NCBI GenBank assembly: GCA_034422835.1
Contig: DAOUJJ010000005.1
Coordinates: 74,891-138,890 of the forward strand
Direction: 5' to 3'
DNA: 64,000 nt
Source: Dehalococcoidia bacterium
GTDB taxonomy: Bacteria; Chloroflexota; Dehalococcoidia; UBA6926
Every line of letters begins with the position of its first letter. Position 1 is the stretch's first letter. The translations under genes were made by a program, and so were the position numbers. The notes below the pieces were generated by a model. That model was given only the letters and a program-made list of their open reading frames with translations, had not been told where the DNA came from and did no database searches. Below are positions 10,202 through 19,432 of this stretch, piece by piece.

Positions 10202-10927
10202 TTATTCTCCCTCCACGCCTCCGAAACGCCGTTTGCGGGCGGCATATGAGTCTAGGGCTTTGGTGACTTCTTCGGGGCCGAAGTCGGGCCAGAGCGTCGA
10301 CGTGAAATAGAGTTCCGCGTAGGCGGCCTGCCACAGCAGGAAATTGCTGATGCGCAGTTCGCCGCCGGTGCGGATAATCAGGTCCGGGTCCGGCAGGCCG
10401 TTGGTGAACAGGCGGCTCGCGAATGCGGATTCGTCCAGGTCTTCGGGAGCAACATCATCTCGCAGCAGTGTTCTGGCCGCCTCAAGAATCTCCTCGCGGC
10501 CTCCGTAATCGAACGCGACACTGAGTGTGATGCCGGTATTGCCCTTCGTCATGTCAACAACGCGGTTGATGGCGGCGGCGATGTCCGGGCTGATGCGGTC
10601 GTTGCGTCCAAGATGGACCAGCCGCGCTCCCTCCTCGTGCAGACGGGGGGCGTCCTGCTTGATAGCCTCGGCGGCAAGCGTCATCAAACCCTGGACTTCT
10701 TCGGACGGACGCCGCCAATTCTCCGTGGAAAAGGCATAGAGCGTCAGATAGCGGACGCCTCGCTCAGAGAACGCGCGGACAACATCATGCAGCTTGATGC
10801 GGCCATGCTGATGCCCCTGCTCACGTGGGAGTTCCCGTTCCCGCGCCCATCGCCCATTGCCATCCATGACGATGGCGACGTGCTGCGGGGTGGCAGTGGG
10901 GAGGCGAGATTCGTCCGATGGTGTCAT
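10202..10927 (-). CDS. uppS: isoprenyl transferase (undecaprenyl-diphosphate synthase family)
   Basis: Shows HVAIVMDGNGRWA and YLTLYAFSTENWRRP, the canonical cis-prenyltransferase motifs. Confidence 0.9.
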   Translation of the reverse strand: MTPSDESRLPTATPQHVAIVMDGNGRWARERELPREQGHQHGRIKLHDVVRAFSERGVRYLTLYAFSTENWRRPSEEVQGLMTLAAEAIKQDAPRLHEEGARLVHLGRNDRISPDIAAAINRVVDMTKGNTGITLSVAFDYGGREEILEAARTLLRDDVAPEDLDESAFASRLFTNGLPDPDLIIRTGGELRISNFLLWQAAYAELYFTSTLWPDFGPEEVTKALDSYAARKRRFGGVEGE

Positions 10928-10945
10928 GCGCGGGCGGATACGACG

Positions 10946-11503
10946 CTAGACTTCCATGACCGCGGCTTCCTTGGCCGCACCCATCTCATCGACCTGCCCC
11001 GTGTAGCGGTCGGTGATCTTCTGGAGTTGGTCCGCCGCGCGGCGTTCCTCGTCTTCTGAGATTTCCTTGTCGCGCTGCAGTCGGCGCAGGTGGTCCATGG
11101 CGTCACGGCGGACGTTGCGTATGGCCACACGCTCATCCTCGGCCTTGGAGCGAACCAGCCGGCTCATCTCCTTGCGACGTTCCTCCGTCATCTGCGGAAT
11201 CGGGATGCGGAGCAATTGTCCGTCTGCAGCGGGGGATAGTCCCAGGTCTGTCTGAAGGATGGCGCGCTCGATGGCCGTCATGGCGGAGTGGTCATAGGGC
11301 TGAACGACGAGGAGGCGCGGTTCCGGGGCGGTGATGGTCGCCAGCTGTTTGAGCGGAGTGGGCGTCCCGTAGTAATCGACCCGGAGTTCCTCGATCAGGG
11401 TAGGGGAGGCGCGGCCGGTGCGGATGCCTGCCAACTCGCGGTCAAGAACCTCGCACGTGACCTGCATTCGGTGTTCTGCACCGTCGAGAATCTCTTGCGT
11501 CAT
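10946..11503 (-). CDS. frr: ribosome recycling factor
   Basis: 185 aa with typical RRF sequence (…ELRVDYYGTPTPLKQLATITAPEPRLLVVQPYD…). Confidence 0.9.
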   Translation of the reverse strand: MTQEILDGAEHRMQVTCEVLDRELAGIRTGRASPTLIEELRVDYYGTPTPLKQLATITAPEPRLLVVQPYDHSAMTAIERAILQTDLGLSPAADGQLLRIPIPQMTEERRKEMSRLVRSKAEDERVAIRNVRRDAMDHLRRLQRDKEISEDEERRAADQLQKITDRYTGQVDEMGAAKEAAVMEV

Positions 11504-11527
11504 GGCTTGTCCTCCCTCCGGGCGCGC

Positions 11528-12259
11528 CTAGCGTGTTCCGCTTGAGTTGACGAGCGTGCCGACCGTTTCACCCCTCAGTATTCTGCCAACGCTTCCCGCG
11601 TCAAAGATGTCAAAGACGACGATGGGCAGGCTGTTGTCCATGCAGAGGGTCAGCGCCGTGCTGTCCATGACGCCAAGCCGCAGATTGAGGGCCTCCATGT
11701 AGCTGATGGCGGAATACCGCTTCGCGTCAGGTTTCTCATTGGGGTCGGCGTCGTAGATGCCGTCCACCTTGTTCTTGGACATGAGGAGGACGTTCGCGCC
11801 CACTTCCACGGCGCGCAGGGAGGCCGCCGTGTCCGTCGTCATGTACGGGTTGCCGGTTCCGGCGGCGAAGATGACCACGCGGCCTTTCTCCATGTGGCGA
11901 ATGGCGCGGCGGCGGATGTACGGCTCCGCGACGGCCTGGATGGCGATGGCGGAGAGAGTGCGGACATCCGCGCCGAGGCTTTCAAGCGTCGTCTGGAGCG
12001 CGAGGGCGTTGATGACGGTGGCCAACATGCCGGAATAATCGGCGGTGGCGCGATCCATGCCGGACTCCTGGGCGATTCTGCCGCGCCAGATATTGCCGCC
12101 GCCCACGACGATGCCCATCTGCGCGCCGGTCTGCAGAACGTCATAGATCTCGGATGCGACGACACGGACGGTATCAACGTCAATGCCGGACGCACGAGGG
12201 CCCATCAGCGCCTCGCCACTGAGCTTGAGGAGGACTCGCCGCGGTTTGTCGCCGTCCAG
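11528..12259 (-). CDS. pyrH: UMP kinase
   Basis: Shows GGGNIWRG and [17 protein letters not shown]. The first ATG (12203-12205) would remove the conserved [15 protein letters not shown]-terminus, which is encoded in-frame upstream. No ATG, GTG or TTG lies between the upstream stop (12290-12292) and that ATG. The 5' end is therefore placed at a CTG (12257-12259) preceded by GAAAGG; see findings. Confidence 0.75.
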   Translation of the reverse strand: MDGDKPRRVLLKLSGEALMGPRASGIDVDTVRVVASEIYDVLQTGAQMGIVVGGGNIWRGRIAQESGMDRATADYSGMLATVINALALQTTLESLGADVRTLSAIAIQAVAEPYIRRRAIRHMEKGRVVIFAAGTGNPYMTTDTAASLRAVEVGANVLLMSKNKVDGIYDADPNEKPDAKRYSAISYMEALNLRLGVMDSTALTLCMDNSLPIVVFDIFDAGSVGRILRGETVGTLVNSSGTR

Positions 12260-12320
12260 CGCCCCGTTCCTTTCTCTTTCGCCCTCATCCTAAACCCTCT
12301 CCAAGCGGGAGAGGAGATTC

Positions 12321-12350
12321 TGGATTCCCGCTTTCGCGGGAATGACGGGT
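12321..12350. repeat. family-A palindromic element, copy 3 (TGGATTCCCGCTTTCGCGGGAATGACGGGTAG)
   Basis: Identical to copy 1 over 29 nt, about 20 nt 3' of the tsf stop. Preceded by a second hairpin, CCCTCTCC-AAGC-GGGAGAGG (12295-12314). Confidence 0.8.
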
Positions 12351-12370
12351 AGTAGAGGAGATGTACCTGG

Positions 12371-12880
12371 CTACTCCTCGCCGATGCCGTAGCGGGCAAA
12401 TCGCCTGATGACGATATTTTCACCCACCTTGGCGACGGTGTCGGTGAGAAGGTTGCCGATTGTGAGGCTTGCGTCCTTGACGAATGGTTGGTGGAGAAGA
12501 CGTGGCTCGCCGGAGGACGTATCGAGATCATCGAGAGGGATTTCATCATCAATGGCCTGCGGATTCATCGCAGCGACCTGTAGGGCGATGTTGTGGGCGA
12601 GCTCCCTGAAATCCTCGGTGCGCGCAACGAAATCCGTCTCGCAGTTGAGCTCAACGATCACGCCGATGCGCCCGCCTGCGTGAACGTAGGTCTCGATGAG
12701 TCCCTCGTTTGCCGCGCGTGAGGCCTTCTTGGCAACGGTGGCGATGCCGCGCTCCTTGAGCAAGTCGCTTGCCTTGTCCATGTCGCCCTGCGCATCCTCA
12801 AGTGCACGTTTGCAGTCCATGATGCCCGCGCCGGTGCGCTCCCGCAGTTCCTTGATGGCATCAGCTGAGATTGTCGTCAC
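12371..12880 (-). CDS. tsf: elongation factor Ts (short form)
   Basis: 169 aa with the ISADAIKELRERTGAGIMDCKRAL UBA-like N-terminus and ELNCETDFVAR motif. Confidence 0.85.
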   Translation of the reverse strand: MTTISADAIKELRERTGAGIMDCKRALEDAQGDMDKASDLLKERGIATVAKKASRAANEGLIETYVHAGGRIGVIVELNCETDFVARTEDFRELAHNIALQVAAMNPQAIDDEIPLDDLDTSSGEPRLLHQPFVKDASLTIGNLLTDTVAKVGENIVIRRFARYGIGEE

Positions 12881-13008
12881 TTCATACTCCTGCCGTTATT
12901 TTCTGCGCGCCGCCGTTGCGAGCAGCGCGGTCAGCGCCTGTTTCTCATCGAAGCCCGCGCGATTGCAAGCTTGCGTCTTACGTGGTTGAGTTGGATCAGG
13001 GTAGGGGG

Positions 13009-13830
13009 TCAGGCAGTCGCTGCGGCGGCCTCGCCCTCCTGCCTCATGTTCTGTCCCTCGGTGGCGCCCTCGATGACGGCATCGGCGATGCGGCCGGTCA
13101 TCAGGCGAAGGGCGCGGATGGCGTCATCGTTGCCGGGAATCGGGTAATCAATGAGGTCAACGTTGCAGTCCGTATCGGCGATGGCGACGATTGGGATCCC
13201 CATCTTGCGCCCCTCGGCAATGGCGATCTTCTCGCGGGCCGCATCGATGACGTAGATCGCGCCCGGCATCTCCGTCATCTCCTTGATTCCGCCGAGATAA
13301 CGGTTGAGCTTGGCGATACGATCTTCAAGCCGTCCCGCCTCTTTCTTGGGCAGGAATGCGAACTCTCCTTTGGCGCGGCGATCCTCCTGCCGCACGAGGT
13401 AGTCGATGCGCGACTGAATGGTGCGGAAATTGGTGAGAGTACCGCCCAGCCAACGCTGGTTGACCCATGGCTGTTCGGCGCGTGTAGCCTCCGATGAAAT
13501 CGCGTCTTGCGCCTGCTTCTTGGTGCCGACGAAGAGCACCTTCTTGCCGGACATAGCGACTTCACGGACGAACTCAGCGGCCGCCTCAAGGCGATTGAGG
13601 GTCTTCTGGAGATCGATGATGTGGATGCCGTTGCGCTGCGTGAACACGAACGGCTTCATCTTGGGGTGCCAGCGGCGTGTGGGGTGTCCGAAATGGACTC
13701 CGGCCTCCAACAGGGTCTTCATCGTGATTTCAGGCTTATCCCCGTCTTCCGGAGTCGGCGGCGTCTCCGCCGCAGCCTGAATCGTCGTCGTTTCCTCGCC
13801 GGACGTTGTTGTCTCACCGTCAGTCGTCAA
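13009..13830 (-). CDS. rpsB: 30S ribosomal protein S2
   Basis: Shows [22 protein letters not shown] and the rest of the S2 core. The ORF as tracked starts at TTG 13828-13830 with an AAAGGGGTG Shine-Dalgarno, giving a 36-aa acidic Thr-rich extension. An alternative ATG at 13720-13722 gives the canonical N-terminus. The start is ambiguous. Confidence 0.85.
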   Translation of the reverse strand: MTTDGETTTSGEETTTIQAAAETPPTPEDGDKPEITMKTLLEAGVHFGHPTRRWHPKMKPFVFTQRNGIHIIDLQKTLNRLEAAAEFVREVAMSGKKVLFVGTKKQAQDAISSEATRAEQPWVNQRWLGGTLTNFRTIQSRIDYLVRQEDRRAKGEFAFLPKKEAGRLEDRIAKLNRYLGGIKEMTEMPGAIYVIDAAREKIAIAEGRKMGIPIVAIADTDCNVDLIDYPIPGNDDAIRALRLMTGRIADAVIEGATEGQNMRQEGEAAAATA

Positions 13831-14034
13831 GAGCCACCCCTTTGAATCCGCAATGCATATCTGGCTCAGTATAGCATGCGAGCCATGAGATGCTTAGGTT
13901 GACCGCAGATACAACCACACATACAATCTTATGTGCCGCCAAATACGAATTGGAATCGGAAATATGCCCGTATGGCCGGTGGCGGTTGACACGAAACCGG
14001 GTCAGTCCGGCCACGAGGGAACGGGGAAATAATC

Positions 14035-14298
14035 GTGCCACGATACGACTACGATTGCCCAGAATGCGACCTGCGCTTTGAGCTTCGGCAGAGTTTCGAT
14101 GCGGAACCCGTCGCGCCGTGTCCAACCTGCCAGGCGGAGAGCAAGCGCGTACTGCACGTTCCGCAGGTTGTCTATAACGCGGACGGATTCTATACGAGTG
14201 AGCAGAAGAAGACCGGCTTTGGCAGCTATTGGAATCGCAAGGCGGAGGCCGAGGACCAGGGCAAGATGGACCCTGACACGGGAGTCGGCGCTTACTAG
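14035..14298 (+). CDS. FmdB-family zinc-ribbon protein
   Basis: 87 aa from a GTG start, MPRYDYDCPECDLRFE...CPTC, with the FmdB-type CxxC-x(n)-CxxC arrangement and a GFY motif. Confidence 0.8.
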   Translation: MPRYDYDCPECDLRFELRQSFDAEPVAPCPTCQAESKRVLHVPQVVYNADGFYTSEQKKTGFGSYWNRKAEAEDQGKMDPDTGVGAY

Positions 14299-14360
14299 AT
14301 TGTAGGGCCGTCTCTGTCAGGCCTTTTCGATTCAATTACCAATCAACGGGAATAACAGTC

Positions 14361-14681
14361 ATGCCGATGTACGACTATGAGTGCCCATCATGCCCGCATC
14401 GCTTTACCGTGCGGCAGGGGTATCACGATGCTCGGAAGGCGACGTGCCCGGAGTGCGGCGACGAGGCAAAGCAGCGTATCTCCATGCCCGCCGTCGTGTT
14501 CAAGGGGAGCGGCTTCTATGTGAACGATTACGGCGGCAGGAAGACCGGGCAGCCGCCTGCAAGAGAGTCCGACGACGGCGGTGATTCCGGCGGAGACGCC
14601 TCAAGCGGCGATGATCACGACCATGCCTCCGCCGGCGCATCGGACCATTCCCACCCCCACCCCCATCCCCATCCTCACTAA
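14361..14681 (+). CDS. FmdB-family zinc-ribbon protein with acidic and His-rich (HPHPHPHPH) tail
   Basis: 106 aa, MPMYDYECPSCPHRF...CPECG, paralogous to the upstream gene. The C-terminus reads DDGGDSGGDASSGDDHDHASAGASDHSHPHPHPHPH. Confidence 0.8.
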   Translation: MPMYDYECPSCPHRFTVRQGYHDARKATCPECGDEAKQRISMPAVVFKGSGFYVNDYGGRKTGQPPARESDDGGDSGGDASSGDDHDHASAGASDHSHPHPHPHPH

Positions 14682-14687
14682 ACATCC

Positions 14688-15152
14688 GTGCGGGTCGTCA
14701 TTCAGCGAGTCTCACAGGCGAGCGTGCGCGTTGACGGCGAGATTATTGGTCAGACAGGGCACGGGGCGCTCATCCTGGCAGGTGTTAGGGACGGCGACAC
14801 CGAGGAGGACGTCCGCTACCTCGCGGGGAAGATACCCGGGCTCCGCATCTTTGCCGACGGCGAAAGCCATTTCCAAAACTCCGTGGCCGAGACGGGCGGC
14901 TCAGTGCTTGTCGTCAGCCAGTTCACCCTGTACGCGGATACGCGCAAGGGACGCAGGCCGAGTTTCGTGGAGGCGGCGCAGCCCGCAGAGGCTGAGCGGC
15001 TCTATGAACTGCTGGTCAGCGAGCTGCGCGAGCACGGGCTGACAGTCGAGACGGGACGTTTCGGGGCGATGATGGACGTGGAACTGGTCAACGACGGGCC
15101 AGTGACGATCATCATCGACAGCGAGGACAGGCAGCGGGCCAGACGCGGTTAA
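14688..15152 (+). CDS. dtd: D-aminoacyl-tRNA deacylase
   Basis: 154 aa with MRVVIQRVSQASV... and the SQFTL motif. GTG start. Confidence 0.9.
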   Translation: MRVVIQRVSQASVRVDGEIIGQTGHGALILAGVRDGDTEEDVRYLAGKIPGLRIFADGESHFQNSVAETGGSVLVVSQFTLYADTRKGRRPSFVEAAQPAEAERLYELLVSELREHGLTVETGRFGAMMDVELVNDGPVTIIIDSEDRQRARRG

Positions 15153-15661
15153 CCACCCAGATCCGGCGGTCGTATGGTCAATTCGGCGGAGATAAGAGCC
15201 AAAACGATCGCCACAATAACAACCAGCGAGATTCCAACGAACCACGGGATGTACTTCTGGAACGGCAGCGGCTCTTCAGGTCGCCTCAACGGCGGCCACA
15301 TCGCGCCACGATAGGCCAGAACCAGGTTCTCCAATGATTGGCCGGCGATAACCGTGACGCCGGCCTCCTCCACACGCTCCCGCGCGGCATCAGAAAGCTC
15401 TCCGTCAGTGATCAGAAAGGCAGCTGTCGCCTGGAGCGACTCCTTTTGGTTGCTGAACTCCTCCACCACGGACGGGTCGAGTTTTCCAGGCGACACGCCG
15501 AATTCGAATCGCGCAATTGCGCGATGGCCGCGACCGTGAAGGATAACGAGATCGCCGATGGGCGGCTCCTCGCCGGACTCATTGGTGGGCAGCATGTAGC
15601 CGCCGCGTCCGAGATAGCCGAGAACGACGTCTTTAACGGTCTCCGGCTCGTAACGCCTCAT
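15149..15661 (-). CDS. hypothetical membrane-anchored protein with a C-terminal TM (possible restriction-endonuclease-like/Mrr_cat-like fold, low confidence)
   Basis: 170 aa with a soluble N-domain (…GDLVILHGRGHRAIARFEFGVS…AAFLITDGELSDAARERVEEAGVTVIAGQSLENLVLAY) followed by the TM segment YIPWFVGISLVVIVAIVLALI. Good GC3 bias. Confidence 0.5.
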   Translation of the reverse strand: MRRYEPETVKDVVLGYLGRGGYMLPTNESGEEPPIGDLVILHGRGHRAIARFEFGVSPGKLDPSVVEEFSNQKESLQATAAFLITDGELSDAARERVEEAGVTVIAGQSLENLVLAYRGAMWPPLRRPEEPLPFQKYIPWFVGISLVVIVAIVLALISAELTIRPPDLGG

Positions 15662-15674
15662 GGCCCGCGGATAA

Positions 15675-16049
15675 TCAGCGCCTGCGGCGTCGGCGGTTGG
15701 CGTTGGGCCTCATGCTTGGCGGCAGGCGCTTGCCGCCGCCGGGACCACGATAGGACGGCTCACCGGGCTCCGGGTTCTCAATCGGCGCGGGCGCCTCTCT
15801 GCGAGGAGTCTGTCCGGCGTTGCGCCTCCGACGCCACAGCCAGATGTAGACGGGAATCATCACCGCCGTGAAGTAAACTGTCGCGCCAACAATGATCTGT
15901 GACTCATACGTGGCGACGAAATCGCCCAGCGGAGTGCCGGACCGATTGTCGATGACCCATTGCATCGTCCACGGCAGATGGAGTGGGTTCAAGACAATGA
16001 AGCCCACGGCCACGAGGCCGATGATGTAGTTTCGGTAGACCTTGTTCAT
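15675..16049 (-). CDS. hypothetical small membrane protein (2 TM, Arg-rich C-terminus)
   Basis: 124 aa with two hydrophobic helices and an RRRRNAGQTPRR...RRRRRR tail. Downstream of hflX on the same strand. Confidence 0.5.
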   Translation of the reverse strand: MNKVYRNYIIGLVAVGFIVLNPLHLPWTMQWVIDNRSGTPLGDFVATYESQIIVGATVYFTAVMIPVYIWLWRRRRNAGQTPRREAPAPIENPEPGEPSYRGPGGGKRLPPSMRPNANRRRRRR

Positions 16050-16228
16050 GTTGGATTATCGTGGGGTCAGGGGTTAGGGGATGTCAACGGCGAGAATCAC
16101 GGATCCCTTTCGGTTCACGTTTGCCCACCCTTATTTGAAAACAACATAATATCTATTGTGCGAAGTTGGGTACGGCATCAAGAAAACAGGCCGTGAGTCC
16201 CTGCCCGACAGTTTTGAGGCCAAGCTGG

Positions 16229-16272
16229 GAAGCTCCGTTCACTCTTCGACAGGCTCAGGGTGAACGGAGCTT
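16229..16272 (-). repeat. 12-bp perfect hairpin (AAGCTCCGTTCA...TGAACGGAGCTT) containing family-B motif copy 2
   Basis: Perfect inverted repeat with an 18-20 nt loop, about 35 nt 3' of the hflX stop. Family-B motif CTTCGACAGGCTCAGGGTGAACGG lies at 16244-16267. Confidence 0.7.
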
Positions 16273-16307
16273 TGTCATTCTGAATGGAGCGCAGCGGAGT
16301 GAAGAAT

Positions 16308-17480
16308 CTAGCGTCGCGTCGAGGCGGCGAGGTTGAACTCGATGGCGCTGCGGAGGTCATCAAGGCCGCGGCCCGAGAGCACCGATACCGGGATGATTGT
16401 GAGGTCTGGCGTCTTGCCGAGAGCCTGATCCAGCAGCGCGCGGTATTCCGGCGACGACTCTGCATCAACGAGGTCCATCTTGTTCATGACGAGAATGCGC
16501 GGCTTGTCCGCCACCTCAAGCTCGTCCAAGAGCGAGAGCACCGATTTGTAGTGCATTGACGCGGCAGGCGCGTTGGCGTCCTCCACGTGGAGTAGAAGGT
16601 CGGCATCCTGCAATTCCTCAAGCGTTGCCCTGAAGGCCGCGACGAGGCTGTGCGGGAGTTTCTGGATGAAACCGACCGTGTCCGTGAGCAGTCCTTCACC
16701 CCCGGCCGGAAGCCGCATCATGCGTGTGACGGGGTCAAGCGTCGCGAACGGCTTGTCCTCCGCAAGCACGTCGGCACGCGTGAGCGCGTTCATCAGGGTG
16801 CTCTTGCCCGCGTTCGTATAGCCAATGAGAGAGACGGTGGGCAGGCCCTTGTTTTTGCGCGATTCACGGTGTTGAGCGCGGCGGCGGCGCACATCCTCCA
16901 ACTGCCCCTTGAGACGGTGGATGCGGTTGCGGACAAGGCGGCGATCCGTTTCCAATTGAGATTCACCGGGGCCTCGCGTCCCGATGCCGCCGCCCAGACG
17001 CTCAAGGTGGCTCCACTGCCCCCGAATGCGCGGCAACAGGTACTCGTGCTGCGCCAATTCAACTTGCAGCCGCCCTTCCATGGACTGGGCGCGCTGCGCG
17101 AATATGTCCAGGATCAGCGCGGTCCTATCCAGCACCTTGACCTTGAAGGACTCTTCGAGGTTGCGCTGCTGCGTTGGGGTCAGCTCGTCATCGAGAATGA
17201 CAGTGGAAATCTCTTCGTCACGCGCGAGGTGGAGCATCTCTTCGAGCTTGCCGCTGCCCATGTAGTGAGCGGTGAAACGATCGAGCCGTTGGCGCTCAAC
17301 AGCCACGACTGTGGCGCCGGCGCTCTGCGCAAGGGCGCTGAGTTCTTCAAGAGACTCATCGAGCAACGAGGACGCTCCCCTGCCCTTGACCGCCGCGCCG
17401 ATGAGCAGCGCGCGTTCGTCGGGCCGGGCCGTTGCATGGCCGTTTGACCCCGGGCTGCTGCTGTTGCGTCGCTTGCTCAT
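16308..17480 (-). CDS. hflX: GTPase HflX
   Basis: Shows [20 protein letters not shown] (G1), DTVGFI (G3) and NKMD (G4). The start is placed at ATG 17478-17480 (MSKRRNSSS…) with a GGAGGCAG Shine-Dalgarno. The ORF track extends to 17576. Confidence 0.85.
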   Translation of the reverse strand: MSKRRNSSSPGSNGHATARPDERALLIGAAVKGRGASSLLDESLEELSALAQSAGATVVAVERQRLDRFTAHYMGSGKLEEMLHLARDEEISTVILDDELTPTQQRNLEESFKVKVLDRTALILDIFAQRAQSMEGRLQVELAQHEYLLPRIRGQWSHLERLGGGIGTRGPGESQLETDRRLVRNRIHRLKGQLEDVRRRRAQHRESRKNKGLPTVSLIGYTNAGKSTLMNALTRADVLAEDKPFATLDPVTRMMRLPAGGEGLLTDTVGFIQKLPHSLVAAFRATLEELQDADLLLHVEDANAPAASMHYKSVLSLLDELEVADKPRILVMNKMDLVDAESSPEYRALLDQALGKTPDLTIIPVSVLSGRGLDDLRSAIEFNLAASTRR

Positions 17481-17608
17481 CTGCCTCCGCGTATGTCCCT
17501 TGTAACGACTACCCTCACGGGTCGTTGTGCGTTCAAGTATACGATGCAACGGCAGCAAACCCATCTTGGCGTACACCTTATGTGGCGCGCGTAGAATGAA
17601 ATCAGGTC

Positions 17609-19072
17609 ATGAATCTGCATCAACCTGAGTCCGAACACCGCTCTCCTGAGCCTCGACAGAACCCGGGCCGTGCGCTGTCGTTCACGGTTGGACTGTCCCT
17701 GCTCCTGGTGTTCATCGTCCTGGTCGCCGGCGTGCGTGAAACGTTCGTTGTGCGGGACGCTGATCGGATATCGTTCGGCGGCCCGGGAACCTTCGGCATT
17801 CTCTCTGAGGCGATACGTGTCTTTGAAGAGACCACGGGTATTCCACTGCGTCCCGACCAGGACGACATCGACCGCACCATCTATTTCATGACCATTGCGG
17901 CTTCCGGCGAGCGGGGTTTCAATACCGCCGAACGCATCCTGTCCGAAGTGCAAAGTTCGAGTGAGGAAGTGCCGTCCGCGGTGCCTCCCGGCCTCGAGGA
18001 CGTTTGGCGGGCGATGCAGATCCTCCGGCGAGATTACCCTGACGCGCCATTGGAGGCGGTCACGGAGGCTGCGCGGCGGGGACTGTTTGTGCGCGGCGAA
18101 GACCCTGCCCTCACGTTCCTGGATGCCGGACAGTATGAGGATGCGCAGGAGTTCTTCGCGGAGAGCTCCTATGAGGGCATCGGGGCGCGTGTCGGAAACA
18201 CGGGTGAGATCAACGTAATCTCGGACGTATTCATCGGCGGCCCCGCGGAAGCGGCAGGACTGCAGGCGGGCGACGGCATCGTGTCGGTAGACGGCGTGGA
18301 CGTGACGGGAATGGCAGTCAATGACCTGGTGGAAATCGTCAAGGGAGAGAGCGGCACTGAGGTCGTGCTTGAGATAAGGCGGCCATGGGACGACCCCGCT
18401 AACCGGATAAGCGTCACGGTCGTGCGTGGAGTGGTAGCGACATCCCTTGAGACGCGAATCTTTGGCGAGGACACAGGACGACCATTGATCGGCTACATAC
18501 GAGTCGAACGCTTTCACCGGGAAACCGGGGATGATTTCCGTGAAGCGCTGGGAAACCTGCTCGAGCGAGACATCGAGGGGCTGATCCTGGATGTTCGCTC
18601 GAATCCCGGCGGCTCACTGTCCGGCGCAGTCAGCATCGTCGGGGAATTCGTTCCGGATGGACTCGCGATGTACGAGGTGACGCGCGAGGGCCGCCGCATC
18701 GAATGGGAGGTCGACGAGGACGGACAGGCCTATGAACTACCCCTGGCGGTTCTTGTCAATGGATTCTCGGCCAGCGCGTCTGAGGTCGTGGCCGGCGCCC
18801 TGCAGGATCATGAACGTGCCACACTATACGGCACCCGAACATTCGGCAAGGGCAGCGTGCAGGCGTTCCAGGAACTGAGCGACGGTTCCGCACTGTACGT
18901 GACCGTCTCGAATTGGCACACGCCGTCAGGACGTCAGATCCAGGAAACAGGAATTGCACCGAACGTAGTGATAGTCCCAACGCTCGGCGACTACATCAAT
19001 GATCGTGATCCGTCGCTGGCAACAGCCTATTGGGACCTTGTTGATGAACTCGCGCCAGCGCCCGCGGCGTGA
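17609..19072 (+). CDS. ctpA: C-terminal processing peptidase (S41 family) with N-terminal TM and PDZ domain
   Basis: 487 aa with a PDZ segment (GGPAEAAGLQAGDGIVSVDG) and an S41 catalytic region (…LILDVRSNPGGSLS…VLVNGFSASASEVVAGALQD…TFGKGSVQ). Confidence 0.85.
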   Translation: MNLHQPESEHRSPEPRQNPGRALSFTVGLSLLLVFIVLVAGVRETFVVRDADRISFGGPGTFGILSEAIRVFEETTGIPLRPDQDDIDRTIYFMTIAASGERGFNTAERILSEVQSSSEEVPSAVPPGLEDVWRAMQILRRDYPDAPLEAVTEAARRGLFVRGEDPALTFLDAGQYEDAQEFFAESSYEGIGARVGNTGEINVISDVFIGGPAEAAGLQAGDGIVSVDGVDVTGMAVNDLVEIVKGESGTEVVLEIRRPWDDPANRISVTVVRGVVATSLETRIFGEDTGRPLIGYIRVERFHRETGDDFREALGNLLERDIEGLILDVRSNPGGSLSGAVSIVGEFVPDGLAMYEVTREGRRIEWEVDEDGQAYELPLAVLVNGFSASASEVVAGALQDHERATLYGTRTFGKGSVQAFQELSDGSALYVTVSNWHTPSGRQIQETGIAPNVVIVPTLGDYINDRDPSLATAYWDLVDELAPAPAA

Positions 19073-19078
19073 GCGCGA

Positions 19079-19324
19079 CTAGTCGTTGCTGTCAGAACCC
19101 TCGCCGCCGCCGAGATACGCTTCGGGGTTGCCGATAAACTTCTGCCGCTCGGACAGGCTCCTGAAGTAGTACCACCTGCCATCATGGCGGAACTTGGTGC
19201 CGACGCGGTTGTTGCCGTTGTCGATCTCCGTAACCTCGCTGTCGGAAAACTCGTACCCGGTAACAGGATCTGTTTCAGCCATCCCCACTCCCCCACTTTC
19301 TACGTGTTCAAGGCAATAATTCAT
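19079..19324 (-). CDS. YHS-domain-like small protein lacking the metal-binding cysteines
   Basis: 81 aa with the DPVTGYEF…GTKFRHDGRWYYFRSLSERQKFIGNPEAY motif. It matches the YHS/TRASH topology (DPVCG…YYFCS…F..NP..Y) but Cys is replaced by Thr/Arg. Confidence 0.5.
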   Translation of the reverse strand: MNYCLEHVESGGVGMAETDPVTGYEFSDSEVTEIDNGNNRVGTKFRHDGRWYYFRSLSERQKFIGNPEAYLGGGEGSDSND

Positions 19325-19432
19325 GCCGACTGTACGCCGCCGCCCAATTGCATGTCAAGAAGCGAGACGTGTCCTGGAGCGACCACGTTAGTATTGATGG
19401 GCAGTCATGCAACACGGAACGGCGCAAGAGGA

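Noticed and set aside
17477-18517. 346-aa ORF on the minus strand
   Set aside because: Lies entirely antisense to the well-supported ctpA gene (17609-19072). The sequence is Arg/Ala-rich with no motifs. It is a typical high-GC antisense-frame artefact. Its 5' end also overlaps the real hflX start.
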